Counted from the first letter of the stretch, positions 18,098-28,887 are shown. The stretch: DNA of 64,000 bases from a virus (IMGVR_UViG_3300035210_000102:28354-92353); one strand, 5' to 3'. The notes: generated by a model from the letters alone, not told the origin. Program-made: numbers and translations.

Positions 18098-19666
18098 ATG
18101 GGCCTAGTCGAGGAGCTCTTCGCCAAACTGGCGGGGATGAGCGCTGAGCAAAAAGCAGAGCTGCAAAGGGCTGTCCTTAGTAAAGGCAAGCCCATTTGGT
18201 TCCCGAACCCCGGCCCGCAGACGCAAGCCTACATGTCGGAAGCGGATGAACTGTTCTACGGAGGTTCCGCAGGCGGAGGGAAAACGGACTTACTTGTTGG
18301 GTTATCCCTTACCGAGCATAAGCGCGCTTTGATCTTGCGCCGCACAAACAAAGAAGCATCAAAACTATTCGACCGCTACTTTGACATACTCGGTTCTCGA
18401 GACGGCTGGAACGGCCAGGATCACACATGGCGCCTTCCGGAAGGCCGCGTTATTGACTTGGCCGGCGTTCAACTTGAAGACGACAAACAGAAACTGAAGG
18501 GCACCGCCCGCGACTTCTATGGCTTCGACGAGGTCAGCGATTTTTCGGAAACGCAATTCAGGTTCATCATCGGCTGGAACCGCTCGCCAAATTCCGCCCA
18601 GCGCTGCCGCGTAGTCGCTGCAGGCAACCCACCTACCCAGCCCGAGGGTTTGTGGGTCATCAAATACTGGGGCCCGTGGTTGGACGAAACGCATCCCAAT
18701 CCCGCGAAACCCGGCGAGCTGCGCTGGTTCACCACCGTCGCTGGCAAGGATATGGAAGTCGACGGCCCGGGCCCGCACCTCATCAACGATGAGTATATCC
18801 GCGCCCGATCTAGAACATTTATCCCCGCCAGACTGGACGACAACCCCTATCTCGCCCGCACAAACTATGAGGCCAGTCTAGCCGCCCTGCCCGAGCCATT
18901 GCGCAGCGCGTACAAAGATGGCCGCTTCGACATCTCGATTAAGGACGCCGATTTTCAGTGCATTCCGACTGCCTGGATTCTTGCCGCTCAAGCGCGCTGG
19001 GACAAGGACGGATACAGGAAAGCCCCGATGACGGCCATGTCTTATGATCCGGCCGGCGGGGGCAAGGATGCCGCTGAACTGTGCTGGCGTCACGATGCGT
19101 GGTTCGCGCCGCTGGTATCCGAAAAAGGCGAGGAAACTTCGGACGGCTCACGTTCCGCGGCTTACATCGTCAAGCACCGTAAAGACGACGCGCCCGTGGT
19201 GGTCGACGTTGGCGGCGGGTATGGCGGCGCAGTGACAATGCGCCTGCGCGACAACAACATTGATCACACCAGTTTCAACGGCTCCAAAAGCTCCACAGCG
19301 CGCACAAAAGACGGCAAGCTGACATTTGCCAACCGACGCGCCGAAGCGTGGTGGAAATTCCGCGAAGAGCTCGATCCGGACCAACCCGGCGGCTCAGTTA
19401 TTGCCCTGCCCCCTGATCCCGAGTTGCGGGCCGATTTGGCCGCGCCGAGCTATGAAGTCAAGGCACGCGGCATTCAAATCGAGTCCAAGGACAAATTGCG
19501 TGAACGCCTCGGCCGATCGCCCGGAAAAGGCGATGCAGTTGTCATGTGCCTCTCCGTAGGCAACACCGCCGTTCGGCGTGCCCTGGCGCGCAAATCTGCA
19601 GATCAAGGGCCGCAATTTGCGCACATGCGCGAGGGGCCGCTTTCTCGCTATAGGAGACAGCAATAA
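18098..19666 (+). CDS. terL: terminase large subunit
   Basis: Walker A YGGSAGGGKT, ATPase coupling motif and a C-terminal nuclease region. Confidence 0.8.
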   Translation: MGLVEELFAKLAGMSAEQKAELQRAVLSKGKPIWFPNPGPQTQAYMSEADELFYGGSAGGGKTDLLVGLSLTEHKRALILRRTNKEASKLFDRYFDILGSRDGWNGQDHTWRLPEGRVIDLAGVQLEDDKQKLKGTARDFYGFDEVSDFSETQFRFIIGWNRSPNSAQRCRVVAAGNPPTQPEGLWVIKYWGPWLDETHPNPAKPGELRWFTTVAGKDMEVDGPGPHLINDEYIRARSRTFIPARLDDNPYLARTNYEASLAALPEPLRSAYKDGRFDISIKDADFQCIPTAWILAAQARWDKDGYRKAPMTAMSYDPAGGGKDAAELCWRHDAWFAPLVSEKGEETSDGSRSAAYIVKHRKDDAPVVVDVGGGYGGAVTMRLRDNNIDHTSFNGSKSSTARTKDGKLTFANRRAEAWWKFREELDPDQPGGSVIALPPDPELRADLAAPSYEVKARGIQIESKDKLRERLGRSPGKGDAVVMCLSVGNTAVRRALARKSADQGPQFAHMREGPLSRYRRQQ

Positions 19667-20109
19667 TGGGCAGTTCCCCCTCTTATTCATCCGCGCCACC
19701 GCCGACCGACAAGGTGAGCATTACACCCACCGTAACCGCCGCACGCGGCGCCGGCGTCGACCCCTTACAGGGGCTCCGGGTTGGTCAGGGTAGCAGCAAT
19801 TCAAGCGTTTTGGGCTCTAACCCGCTCGGTAGCCCAACGCGAACGTCCGGCGCTCAGCCTTATTCCTCCGGCACGCTCGGCAGCGGAAGGCTCTAATGCC
19901 AACGCACAGCACAAAGGTCATCTGATGGGAAGCGTACCAGCACCTCCTCCCGTGCCGCCGCCACCGCGGATGCCGGTCCCCAATGACGCCGCCGCGCAAG
20001 CGCGAGAAGCGCAAGCTAAGCAAAGCCTTCTCCTGCCGCAAGGGCGGGAATCGACCGATTTGACCGGACCTAACAGGAATGCCGGCGTCGGCACGGTGTT
20101 GGGCAAATA

Positions 20110-22827
20110 GTGGCGATCGACCAGCGCGCGCTAGAGCTCATCACATTAGGTGACAAGCTCTTCGGGGATAAGAAGCAGCTCGATTCGCTCTGCCAGGAGG
20201 TTGCGTGGCATTTCGCGCCAGACCTCGCCGATTTTACGACCAAACTGATTTTGGGCCAAGATTTCGCGATCGACCGCATGGACAGTTTTCCCGAGCTGAT
20301 GAGCCGGGAGTTGACAAACCAGCTGAGTGCGATGCTTCGGCCGACTGACCGGCCATGGTTCCGGCTAACGACGTTGAATGATGAGGTGGACGCAAACGAA
20401 GACAATGCCCGCTATCTTGAGTATGTCAGTCACGTCATAAGGCGCTACATCTACGACCCGCGGTCTAAATTTGTGCGGGCTACGAAGCTTGCCGATCGGT
20501 TCTATGTCAATTTTGGTATGGCGGTCATCTCGGTCGAGGAAGCGCCCAGAACCCGCGATCACTTATTCTTCCGCAGCCACCATTTGAAGGACTGCGCTTG
20601 GCTCGAAAACGAGACCGGCGAAGTCGATCACTTGCATCGCAAGGAGATGATCACAGCCCGCAAAATGGTCGAGCGCTTTGGTAAAAGCGGAGCTCTGGCC
20701 CCGGAAGTCAAGGAGGCGGCCGAGAAGACCCCAAACAAGGAATTTGAAATTCGTGTCGTGGTCATGCCGGCCGACGAATACGACACGGTCAAAGAGGGCC
20801 CGAAAGGCCCGCGCAAGAAACTTCCCTATGTCGTTCTGTATCTTGATCAGGCCCATCAGCGCGTAATCCGCGAGGGCGGCCTCCCGACTTTCAATTACGT
20901 TGTGCCCCGCTGGTCGATGTTCGCATCGACGCAATACGCCTTTTCGCCCTGCGCAATGCTGGCCCTGCCAGATGCCAGGATGGCGCAGATGGTCAATCAG
21001 ATTTTGCTCGAGGCTGGCGAAAAGTCTATCGATCCGCCCCTTATCGCAAAGCAAGAAATAGTAATCGGCGAGCCGAATATTCAAGCTGGCGGTATATCCT
21101 GGGTCGATCTTGAGCATGACGCCAGTCTGAAAGAAGCGATCGACGCTATTCGTCTCGAGCCTGACATGAAAACAGGCTTCGAGATCAGAAAAGACTTGCG
21201 CGAAATGCTGTCGAAGGCCTTCTTTATCGACAAGCTGGGTCTACCCGAACCAAGCCCGCGCATGACGGCGTATGAACTGGGTCGAAGATTAGAAGAGCAT
21301 ATCCGCAACTTGTTGCCACTATTCGAACCGATGCAGCAAGAATACAATACACGTTTGCTAGATAAAACCTACGCCACTCTAGCAAACATGAATGTATTTG
21401 CAAAGGATGCTGCCGCCGGAATTGCCGCCCCTCTGCCTCCTGGCCTTTCAGGCGCAGACGTCACATGGGCCTTTGAGTCCCCCATTCAGCAAGCGTCGGA
21501 TCAGGTCAAGGTCGAGTATTTCAAGGGTGCGCTGGAATTGGTTGGCTTGGGCATGCAGGGCGGCGCCACCGCCAACCCACTGCACGTCGATCGCAGTTTG
21601 CGCGACGCAATTCGAGGTCTCGGGACGCCCGCGACTTGGCGGAAGACGGACGGCGAACTGCAGCACGATCAGCAGCAAATGGCCCAAGAAAAAGCAGCCG
21701 CGGCGCAAATGCAGGCGGCTCATGCCGTTTCCCAGATCGCACAGAACGCCGGCGACGCCGGTTCGAAAATGGGCGATGCCGGCCAGAAATTCGGACTACT
21801 GCCGCCAGCCGCTCAAAAGGTTGTGCAGGGCTCGGCCCAAGGCAGCCCAGAACTTGCTGGGGCGATGGGCATGTCCGCGCCCGACGTTGGCGATCAAGGC
21901 CCGGCGGCCAACCCCAACGAAAGCATGCCTCAGCCTTGGATGCCAAATCAAACGCAGGCCGTTCTCTCTGGGGATGCCGGAACAGGATTTAGCGCTGGGG
22001 CAGGGCTTGATGCCAGCCCCGGGCCTGCATTGATCCCGCAGGCGCAACCCGCGCAGAAGCCGGTTTCCGTCCCGATGCAACAGCCACGGTCGCGCACCGC
22101 TTCTTCGGCTTCGTCCTCACCCTCTCCCCGTCCAGCCAATCAGCAACCCCGCGATGCCGCTGCAAGCGCAGGCCCAATAGTGCAAGTTGCGCGTGACCTC
22201 GTGCGTGAACTGAGCTCGGCCCGCGAAGACTCAATGCGCACCGTGAGCGATATTGCGGCCAAGTTCGGAGAGTCAAACGCTGAGATTTTGGCAAAGTTCC
22301 ATGAGGCCACGGTTGAGTCTGGCAAGTCTAATACTGCGTCCATGAAGACCGTAAAAGACCTTGTCGAGTCATTAAGCAATCGAGACTTTGAGAAGGACCT
22401 GCTTCAGGCAATCAAAAAAATCGCCGAAACTGGGGAAAACAAGGACGCTGGAAAAGAGCTCTTGGGCGCTATGCAAAAAGTTGCAGACGCGACCGTCGGC
22501 GCGAATGCTGACACGTTGCAGGCTGTAGAAAAGGCCACAAGCGAAATGAGCGTCGCCGTGATCGAGCTTGCGAAATCTCGCGAACTCGCAGCTAAGCCCG
22601 ACCCAGCCCCCCAGACCCCAGGTCAAATTCATGCAATGCCGCCGGGCGGCGCGATGGCTCCACAGCAACTCCCCGCTTCAGGCGGAACTGATTTGGCAAG
22701 TCTGCTCGCTAGGCTTGTATCGCAGGTCTCCACTCTCGAGGAGAACGTGAATAAGCCGAAGAAAATAAGCATCCAGCGCAACGAAAAAGGGCAAATCGTC
22801 GGAGCGACGGCGACCCCGCAAATCTAA
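20110..22827 (+). CDS. portal protein (with long low-complexity C-terminal extension)
   Basis: Lies immediately downstream of terL. The N-terminal ~500 aa have a portal-like profile. The C-terminus is Q/A/P-rich. Confidence 0.5.
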   Translation: MAIDQRALELITLGDKLFGDKKQLDSLCQEVAWHFAPDLADFTTKLILGQDFAIDRMDSFPELMSRELTNQLSAMLRPTDRPWFRLTTLNDEVDANEDNARYLEYVSHVIRRYIYDPRSKFVRATKLADRFYVNFGMAVISVEEAPRTRDHLFFRSHHLKDCAWLENETGEVDHLHRKEMITARKMVERFGKSGALAPEVKEAAEKTPNKEFEIRVVVMPADEYDTVKEGPKGPRKKLPYVVLYLDQAHQRVIREGGLPTFNYVVPRWSMFASTQYAFSPCAMLALPDARMAQMVNQILLEAGEKSIDPPLIAKQEIVIGEPNIQAGGISWVDLEHDASLKEAIDAIRLEPDMKTGFEIRKDLREMLSKAFFIDKLGLPEPSPRMTAYELGRRLEEHIRNLLPLFEPMQQEYNTRLLDKTYATLANMNVFAKDAAAGIAAPLPPGLSGADVTWAFESPIQQASDQVKVEYFKGALELVGLGMQGGATANPLHVDRSLRDAIRGLGTPATWRKTDGELQHDQQQMAQEKAAAAQMQAAHAVSQIAQNAGDAGSKMGDAGQKFGLLPPAAQKVVQGSAQGSPELAGAMGMSAPDVGDQGPAANPNESMPQPWMPNQTQAVLSGDAGTGFSAGAGLDASPGPALIPQAQPAQKPVSVPMQQPRSRTASSASSSPSPRPANQQPRDAAASAGPIVQVARDLVRELSSAREDSMRTVSDIAAKFGESNAEILAKFHEATVESGKSNTASMKTVKDLVESLSNRDFEKDLLQAIKKIAETGENKDAGKELLGAMQKVADATVGANADTLQAVEKATSEMSVAVIELAKSRELAAKPDPAPQTPGQIHAMPPGGAMAPQQLPASGGTDLASLLARLVSQVSTLEENVNKPKKISIQRNEKGQIVGATATPQI

Positions 22828-22838
22828 GGAAACTACCC

Positions 22839-23297
22839 ATGCCGCTTTCCCCCCAATGGAGCTACGGTATTCTGCAGCTGATCTTTCAGGCTGCCAGCGC
22901 CAACACAACGAATATTGCAGTAGCCTCAACTCTTGGCACGAACACTTCGTTGTGGCTATCGCTGCATACAGCCGCGCCTACGACGAATTCGCAGGCAACA
23001 TCCGAGGCCGCGTATACGAGCTATACGCGCATCCCTATTTTCCGCGGTTCCACAGCCGGCGCTTTCACGGCCACACAAGGGTCGTCAGCTGGTGCGGCGA
23101 GCTCGATTAGCCCGAATGTGACGCTAAGTTTCCCGCAAGCAACCGGCGGCGGTGAAACCGAAACCTATTTCGGCATCGGGCTGTCTTCGGCCGGCGCAGG
23201 CACACTTCTGCTTTCTGGCTCGATCTCGCCAACGCTGGCGGTTTCAAACGGCGTCACTCCGCAATTGACGACCGGCACAGCCATCACGATCGTTTAG
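22839..23297 (+). CDS. Ser/Thr/Ala/Gly-rich structural-type protein (paralog family)
   Basis: IFRGSTAGAF motif shared with ORF 7382. Confidence 0.4.
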   Translation: MPLSPQWSYGILQLIFQAASANTTNIAVASTLGTNTSLWLSLHTAAPTTNSQATSEAAYTSYTRIPIFRGSTAGAFTATQGSSAGAASSISPNVTLSFPQATGGGETETYFGIGLSSAGAGTLLLSGSISPTLAVSNGVTPQLTTGTAITIV

Positions 23298-23300
23298 CCT

Positions 23301-24281
23301 GTGGCCTTCTCCACCTTACAAAACCTCGTTCGCGTTTTAACGGCGACAACGGGGACCGGCACGTTAACGCTTGGGGCCACCGTAACCGGCTTCATTGGCG
23401 TACCGGCGGCTTTGGACGGCAAGTATGTCACCTATGAGATAGCAGAACCGGGAAGCGCTCCGACTGCTCGCGAGGTGGGGAGAGGTCTGTACACGCTTTC
23501 GGGCGCAACGCTTACTCGTGCCACGATTTTTGCCTCCACCAATGGCGGGTCGGCGATCAACTTGACTAGTGGCGCCGCCTATGTGTCGCTCACCCTATGC
23601 GATGACGACATCGAGAATCTGTGGCCGATCAGTATTACTTGCCAAGCCGGCACAACCAGCGTCGATCCGCTCACATTTACATCCGGGACGAACCTATCAG
23701 CTGCGGCAAACGGGGCTTGCGAATACAACGGCACCGCTTTGATGTTCACGCCCTGCGCGTCGTCGCGCGGCGCTGTCCCGGCCGTACAGTTCGCGGCCCT
23801 GACCGCCGATTACACGCTGACATCGACAACGGCGGCACAGAAAATCTTCAACGTGCCATCCGCTGGCTCGCTCACAGTGGCGGCATCCACACGGTACTTT
23901 TTCAAGGCGCTTCTCTACATCACCGGCTTTTCGAGCGCCTCGGGAAACGCCAAAATCGACCTGATCGGCACCGGCAACGCCACATTCAGCTCGACCCTTT
24001 GGACCGCGTTCGGCCTCGACGGCGCGACGCCAACAACGGCAGCCGCACCTGTCGGCGTGTTGATCACGGCCACTGGTTCCGGCGCCTCGATCATGACGGC
24101 GAGCACCGCAACTAACCTGTACGTCATGTGCGATGGCCAGTTTCGCGTAAACGCCGGCGGCACCCTTGTCCCTGCCATCTCACTCGTAACGGCTATTGCT
24201 GCGGTGGTGAAGGCAGATTCGTACTTCACATGCTGGCCGGTGAGCACCGGCGCCACAACAACTCTGGGAGCTTGGACATAA
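23301..24281 (+). CDS. Ser/Thr/Ala/Gly-rich structural-type protein (326 aa)
   Basis: Composition and position among the virion genes. Confidence 0.4.
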   Translation: MAFSTLQNLVRVLTATTGTGTLTLGATVTGFIGVPAALDGKYVTYEIAEPGSAPTAREVGRGLYTLSGATLTRATIFASTNGGSAINLTSGAAYVSLTLCDDDIENLWPISITCQAGTTSVDPLTFTSGTNLSAAANGACEYNGTALMFTPCASSRGAVPAVQFAALTADYTLTSTTAAQKIFNVPSAGSLTVAASTRYFFKALLYITGFSSASGNAKIDLIGTGNATFSSTLWTAFGLDGATPTTAAAPVGVLITATGSGASIMTASTATNLYVMCDGQFRVNAGGTLVPAISLVTAIAAVVKADSYFTCWPVSTGATTTLGAWT

Positions 24282-24331
24282 CCACACTCGTTGCCTACTG
24301 CATTCCATCTGGAGACACGTGGAAAGCGGAC

Positions 24332-24889
24332 ATGGGCGTCTGCTTTGGTGGCCTATGCGGCACTACGGCAGAAAACGGCATAAGAGCCGGCATCCTCAAT
24401 TTTCGCATGTGCGGGATTTCGCATTCGCGCAATCAGCATGTGCATGAAGTCTTGGCCGCGCCCCAGCAGTTCACGCACCTGTTATGGATCGACAGCGACA
24501 TGGCCTTTCCGACTGATGCCCTTGTTCGGTTGCTGGCGCATGACAAAGACATCGTCGGCGCCTTCTATATGCAGAAGGCTGAGCCGTACAAGATTGTCGG
24601 CCGACCAAAGGACTTAAGCGACACCTCGATAACGGGCTTGAAGGAAGCTGAACTTTTGGGCGGCGGCTTTGTGCTCGTGAAGCGCGAAGTTTACGAGAAA
24701 ATCCCCTATCCTTGGTACGAAGAGCGACATACGCCACCGCGTGAATTCATTTCTGAAGACGTCATGTTCTGCCACAAATGCCGCGCCGCTGGCATTGAAA
24801 TGTGGGCCGACATGGACCTGAGTCTCGAGATGGGGCACAGCGGCAATCACCTCATCCGATTTGGCCCGCCCAGTCAGGTTGCCGGCTGA
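24332..24889 (+). CDS. GT-A-fold glycosyltransferase-like protein
   Basis: LLWIDSDMAF DxD-type motif, IVGAFY and GGGFVLVKREVYEKIPYPW. The N-terminal boundary is uncertain (the ORF opens at 24128). Confidence 0.35.
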   Translation: MGVCFGGLCGTTAENGIRAGILNFRMCGISHSRNQHVHEVLAAPQQFTHLLWIDSDMAFPTDALVRLLAHDKDIVGAFYMQKAEPYKIVGRPKDLSDTSITGLKEAELLGGGFVLVKREVYEKIPYPWYEERHTPPREFISEDVMFCHKCRAAGIEMWADMDLSLEMGHSGNHLIRFGPPSQVAG

Positions 24890-25422
24890 TGGAACTGCTC
24901 ATCGGCTCCGGCTACAACCACAAAAAGAAGCTCTCCTGCAACGAGCGCGACGACTGGGCCAAACTCGTCACGCTTGACATCAACCCGGACTGCAAGCCTG
25001 ATGTGCTTTGGGACCTGACAAAGCTCCCGCTGCCATTTGACGACAACACCTTCGACGAAATCCACGCCAGCCAAGTTTTAGAGCATGTAGGGCAGCAAGG
25101 GGACTGGCGCTTCTGGCTCAATCAATGGGCCGACTTCTGGCGCATCCTCAAGCCGGACGGCATGTTCTTCGCCGACTGCCCGCATTACACGTCGCCCTGG
25201 TGCTGGGGCGACCCCGGCCACTCCCGGGCCATCACCCTCGAAAGCTTGATTTTTCTCGACCAGACCGAATACGCCAAACAAGTCGGCGTCACGCCCATGA
25301 CGGATTACCGCCCGTACTACAGGGCGGATTTCCGTCCACTTTTTCAGCAGACCGTCGCCGGCGAAATACGTTTTGTTGTGCAGGCGGTTAAGCCCGCGCG
25401 TCTTTTAGACCATTCAGGATAG
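24889..25422 (+). CDS. class I SAM-dependent methyltransferase (Methyltransf_11/23-like)
   Basis: FDEIHASQVLEHV...WRILKPDGMFF. Start overlaps the upstream stop. Confidence 0.5.
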   Translation: MELLIGSGYNHKKKLSCNERDDWAKLVTLDINPDCKPDVLWDLTKLPLPFDDNTFDEIHASQVLEHVGQQGDWRFWLNQWADFWRILKPDGMFFADCPHYTSPWCWGDPGHSRAITLESLIFLDQTEYAKQVGVTPMTDYRPYYRADFRPLFQQTVAGEIRFVVQAVKPARLLDHSG

Positions 25423-25426
25423 CCCC

Positions 25427-26008
25427 ATGCCCTATATTGCTAAAGTTTCCGACGCCTCCGGATCATGGCAGGTTACAGAGCTTCGCTTGGCTACAAATGG
25501 GCTCAACGATGTTGGGCAGGCGGAGCGTGCCGAATGGCGTTTAGTCATCGACAACCGTCCTGTTGTCGACAACTATACTCAGGTTCTTATCCCGCAAACG
25601 CTGAACGTCAACGAGGATGGCTCGGAAGCAACGATAATTTGGCAAGCCGTTGATACGCCCGCCGCTTGGGGCAAAATGCGCCTCAGAGACTATGCCTTGC
25701 AATGCTCGACTACGAAAGCAAATGCTGGGTTGATGCTTCCTAACGGCATTCAACTTTCGACCACGGGCGAGCAGACCGGCATGGTTGTGGCGGCGATCGT
25801 GGCCCTCGAACGGGGCTGGCTCACCGAGCCGTTACTCTTCCAGGCCCTAAACGGCGAATGGGTTACTCTGAGTCTTTCTGCTCTACAAGCCGCCGGCGCG
25901 GCTATTGCTCAATTCCGACAAGGAATTTACCAGACGCGCAAAGCGGTCTACGACGCGATCGACGCCGGCACAATTGTGTCGACCGCGCAAGTCGATGCAG
26001 CGATCTAG
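25427..26008 (+). CDS. hypothetical protein (possible fiber-assembly/chaperone-like)
   Basis: 193-aa ORF just upstream of the large repeat protein. Confidence 0.3.
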   Translation: MPYIAKVSDASGSWQVTELRLATNGLNDVGQAERAEWRLVIDNRPVVDNYTQVLIPQTLNVNEDGSEATIIWQAVDTPAAWGKMRLRDYALQCSTTKANAGLMLPNGIQLSTTGEQTGMVVAAIVALERGWLTEPLLFQALNGEWVTLSLSALQAAGAAIAQFRQGIYQTRKAVYDAIDAGTIVSTAQVDAAI

Positions 26009-26023
26009 TGTAGACGCTGATTT

Positions 26024-28402
26024 ATGGCAATCGTCCTTGCCTCCGCATATAGCAGTGGGAACACGCTTCTAGCCCCTGGAACCGCGAGTTCCAGCTTTAC
26101 GCCGCCTAACAACTCCCTTGTTATTGTCGTTGCGCAAGCGCTAACCGCCAATCTTGCCAATTTAAGCACCGCGACGATTTCGGGCGGCAGCCTTAGTTGG
26201 ACGGTGCGGCATTCCCAGTTAAACCCTGTTTCCACAGCGGACCAGGGTGCCTGTATTGTTTGGACTGCCCCCGTGACAACGGGCGCGTCGATGACGGTTT
26301 CGGTTTCATTTGCCGGGTCGGCGCCCGCCGGCGTCAACATTTTCACCATTACCGGCTACAATACCTCTACTCCAGTTGGGGCCACCGCAACCGGCACGTC
26401 CACGGCTGCAGGTGCGGGATCGATTACCTTGTCCAGCGCCCCGGCCGCTACATCGCTTGTCATGGCCACGCAGGGATACTGCCCGGTCGGGGCCGGCAGT
26501 GCGCCAACACAGGGTTCCGGCTGGACTCAAAGCGCCACTCTTGTTAATGGCACCTTTTCCGGCGACATTCAGACACTATACGGTACAACATCAACCACTG
26601 TGCCGTGGGTGGCGTTGTGCGGCAGCGATGCCGTTGCTAACAACGCGGCGGGCCAACTTGCCCTTGAGTTTCTTGGCTTGGGCGGCATCGGCACCGCAAC
26701 CATTACGACTTCGGCCACCGCTGTCGGTTTACCCCTCGCTTCCGGCGGTTCGACGGTCTCTATTCAGACAGCCGTCGCCGGCGCCGGAAGCGCAATAAAG
26801 GGAGCGCCGCAATACTGGAGCGGTGCGCTTGGCGATGGTCCGCTCGGGTCCGGCGTACTCGGTACAGCTGACCTATCCGGCGATATCTCGGCTGGCGGGT
26901 CAGCGCCTGCGGCTGGCACGGTCGCAATCGCGGCAACAGCCAGCGCGACCGGCAGCGAAACAGCGGCTTCTAGTACAACTTCACCCATTACGACCGCTGC
27001 GACTGCCATCGGAGCGGCGCTGACGGCGACGGTTGGCGCCGCTCCGCTCACAACAACCGCATCCGCGGCAAGCTCATTCAATATTATGGTCGCTGGCGCG
27101 GGGTCCTGCGCTTGTGCGACATCCGCGACCGCGATCGGCTCGGAACTGGATAGCGCTGCAGGCTCTGTCGCGCTGGCGACAACAGCAAGCGCAACCTCCT
27201 CGGAAATAACCGGCGGAGCGGGCTCTTCGGCGATCGTCACTGTGGCGACAGCGGCAAGCACATCCGGTGCAGCCGCCAGTGGTGCCGGCTCTTCCACTAT
27301 AACAACGGCAGCTTCGGCCGTAGGTGCCGAAACTCAAAGCACTGCCGGCTCTGCCTTGATCGCACTTGCGGCAACCGCGGCCGGCGGCGCCTCGGCATCC
27401 TCGGCCATTTCAACCACTGCGTCTGCGGTAGGCGCCGAAACTCAAAACGCCGCCGGTACAGGGGCGGTTTCAACCGCTGCCGCAGGCGCCAGTAGCGAAC
27501 TTATCGCGGCCTCCGGAACGGCTTCGATATTGACGTCCGCGGCAGCGCTCGGCACAGAGACCGCTTTAACTGCTGGCACGGCGACGATCACAACAACGGC
27601 CACGGCGACTGGTGCGGCCACTTCTGCTGGGCAATCGGTTGGAACCGTTTCGGTTTCAACGACCGCCGCAGCTGTCGGCGCAGAAAGCGCAAAAGCCGCC
27701 GGGTCCGCGGATATTACAACTGTGGCGACGGCCGGAGAGACGACGTCTATCAGCGCTTCCGGGATAGCCGCAATTGTTACCGAAGCGACCGCGGCCGGAA
27801 GTGCCACAAAGTCGGCCATAGGTGTAGCCACCCTTTCGACAACGCAAGCCGCCACCGGCGTTGTATCTGCCGGCGCCGCCGGCAGTGCGGCAATTCTGAC
27901 TTCAGAGGCCGCAAGCACAGAGAGTGCGTTTTCGGCGACCGGGTCGGCCGCAATCACGTTTTTGGCTACAGCAAATGGACAGGCGACAGCAAACAGCGGC
28001 GCCGGGTCCTCTGCGATCAGCACAAGCGCTACAGCGGAAGGGTTGGAGACAAAGGATGCTATTGCCCTTCCTCCACCGATCGGGAAGCCTCTCGGCTCGG
28101 TCCCTGGCGGCGTGCGCAACGTCAATCCCGAAGGCGAGCAGAAAAAGAAACGGCGCAAGCCGAAGCTTATCAGGGCGATTTCGCAAACTGTCGCCCCCTC
28201 CGAGCCAACCGCCGAAGCACCATCCATTGACCATCCTGGCCCCAATCGGGATGCCTCCCCCTCCGAGCCGACCGCCAAAACACTACCCATCGACTATTTC
28301 GACCCCAATCGGGATGTCGCCGCAATTTTGCGGGTCTTGCCACCCGACGTGGGCGATGACGATGATGAAGCGATGGCGTTGATTTTGGCTCTTGCTGCCT
28401 AA
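26024..28402 (+). CDS. fiber/decoration-like protein with ~16 tandem ~20-aa A/S/T/G repeats
   Basis: The N-terminal domain resembles the N-terminus of ORF 29513. The central part is built of GS.AI.T.ATA.G.ET...A repeats. The C-terminus carries a duplicated PSEPTA...PNRD module. Confidence 0.5.
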   Translation: MAIVLASAYSSGNTLLAPGTASSSFTPPNNSLVIVVAQALTANLANLSTATISGGSLSWTVRHSQLNPVSTADQGACIVWTAPVTTGASMTVSVSFAGSAPAGVNIFTITGYNTSTPVGATATGTSTAAGAGSITLSSAPAATSLVMATQGYCPVGAGSAPTQGSGWTQSATLVNGTFSGDIQTLYGTTSTTVPWVALCGSDAVANNAAGQLALEFLGLGGIGTATITTSATAVGLPLASGGSTVSIQTAVAGAGSAIKGAPQYWSGALGDGPLGSGVLGTADLSGDISAGGSAPAAGTVAIAATASATGSETAASSTTSPITTAATAIGAALTATVGAAPLTTTASAASSFNIMVAGAGSCACATSATAIGSELDSAAGSVALATTASATSSEITGGAGSSAIVTVATAASTSGAAASGAGSSTITTAASAVGAETQSTAGSALIALAATAAGGASASSAISTTASAVGAETQNAAGTGAVSTAAAGASSELIAASGTASILTSAAALGTETALTAGTATITTTATATGAATSAGQSVGTVSVSTTAAAVGAESAKAAGSADITTVATAGETTSISASGIAAIVTEATAAGSATKSAIGVATLSTTQAATGVVSAGAAGSAAILTSEAASTESAFSATGSAAITFLATANGQATANSGAGSSAISTSATAEGLETKDAIALPPPIGKPLGSVPGGVRNVNPEGEQKKKRRKPKLIRAISQTVAPSEPTAEAPSIDHPGPNRDASPSEPTAKTLPIDYFDPNRDVAAILRVLPPDVGDDDDEAMALILALAA
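26890..28060. repeat. intragenic degenerate ~60-bp tandem repeat array
   Basis: Protein-level periodicity of ~20 aa across ~390 aa. Confidence 0.55.
28194..28319. repeat. 63-bp direct tandem duplication (x2)
   Basis: ccctccgagcc(a/g)accgcc... is repeated with period 63. Confidence 0.6.
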
Positions 28403-28887
28403 TGAAAGAAAGCCGTCGCATGGGTTTGATCAACGAACATGCCCTAACTCACCGCGAAGACTATTTGACTGCGCGATACTGCATTCGTCTGGGCCCAGAC
28501 GTGAGCTATGACGATCTCTTCATCCCGAAGAACTGGGCGAAATGCAACAAACAGATGCACCCCTACGATGTAATCAGGGTGATTGGTCATAATGATGAAT
28601 TCGACGTTGAATTGACCGTCACGCTAATTACGCCAGCTGGCGCAACCATGCGCTTGCGCCACAAGCTACCAGGGCAAAGCGACACGGAGCGAACGTTTGT
28701 GCCAGCTCCTCCAGAGGTTCGTTTGCAGTTCACCGCGGCGACCCGCTGGCGACTCCTTGGCGTCGGCAACGAAGAAATCAAGCGCGGAATGTCGAAGCCG
28801 GAAGCTGATGTCGAACTTCAGCAATACCTTAAGGACGCCGGCCTGTACCTGCTTAATCCGATTTCCGCAGAAGAGGTTATCGAATGA
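28402..28887 (+). CDS. hypothetical protein
   Basis: 161-aa ORF with a start/stop overlap. Confidence 0.35.
   Translation: MKESRRMGLINEHALTHREDYLTARYCIRLGPDVSYDDLFIPKNWAKCNKQMHPYDVIRVIGHNDEFDVELTVTLITPAGATMRLRHKLPGQSDTERTFVPAPPEVRLQFTAATRWRLLGVGNEEIKRGMSKPEADVELQQYLKDAGLYLLNPISAEEVIE

Noticed and set aside
19666-20110. Two overlapping small ORFs between terL and portal that could be joined by a frameshift.
   Set aside because: Both are Pro/Ser/Gly low-complexity. No slippery heptamer or downstream structure was identified. Left unannotated as too uncertain.
26024-28402. Possible tape-measure protein or CRISPR-like repeat array.
   Set aside because: The repeats are in-frame protein repeats rich in A/S/T/G, not the helical Ala/Leu/Lys-rich composition of a tape-measure protein. 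They are degenerate, with no unique spacers, so this is not a CRISPR array. No sheath or tube genes accompany them.
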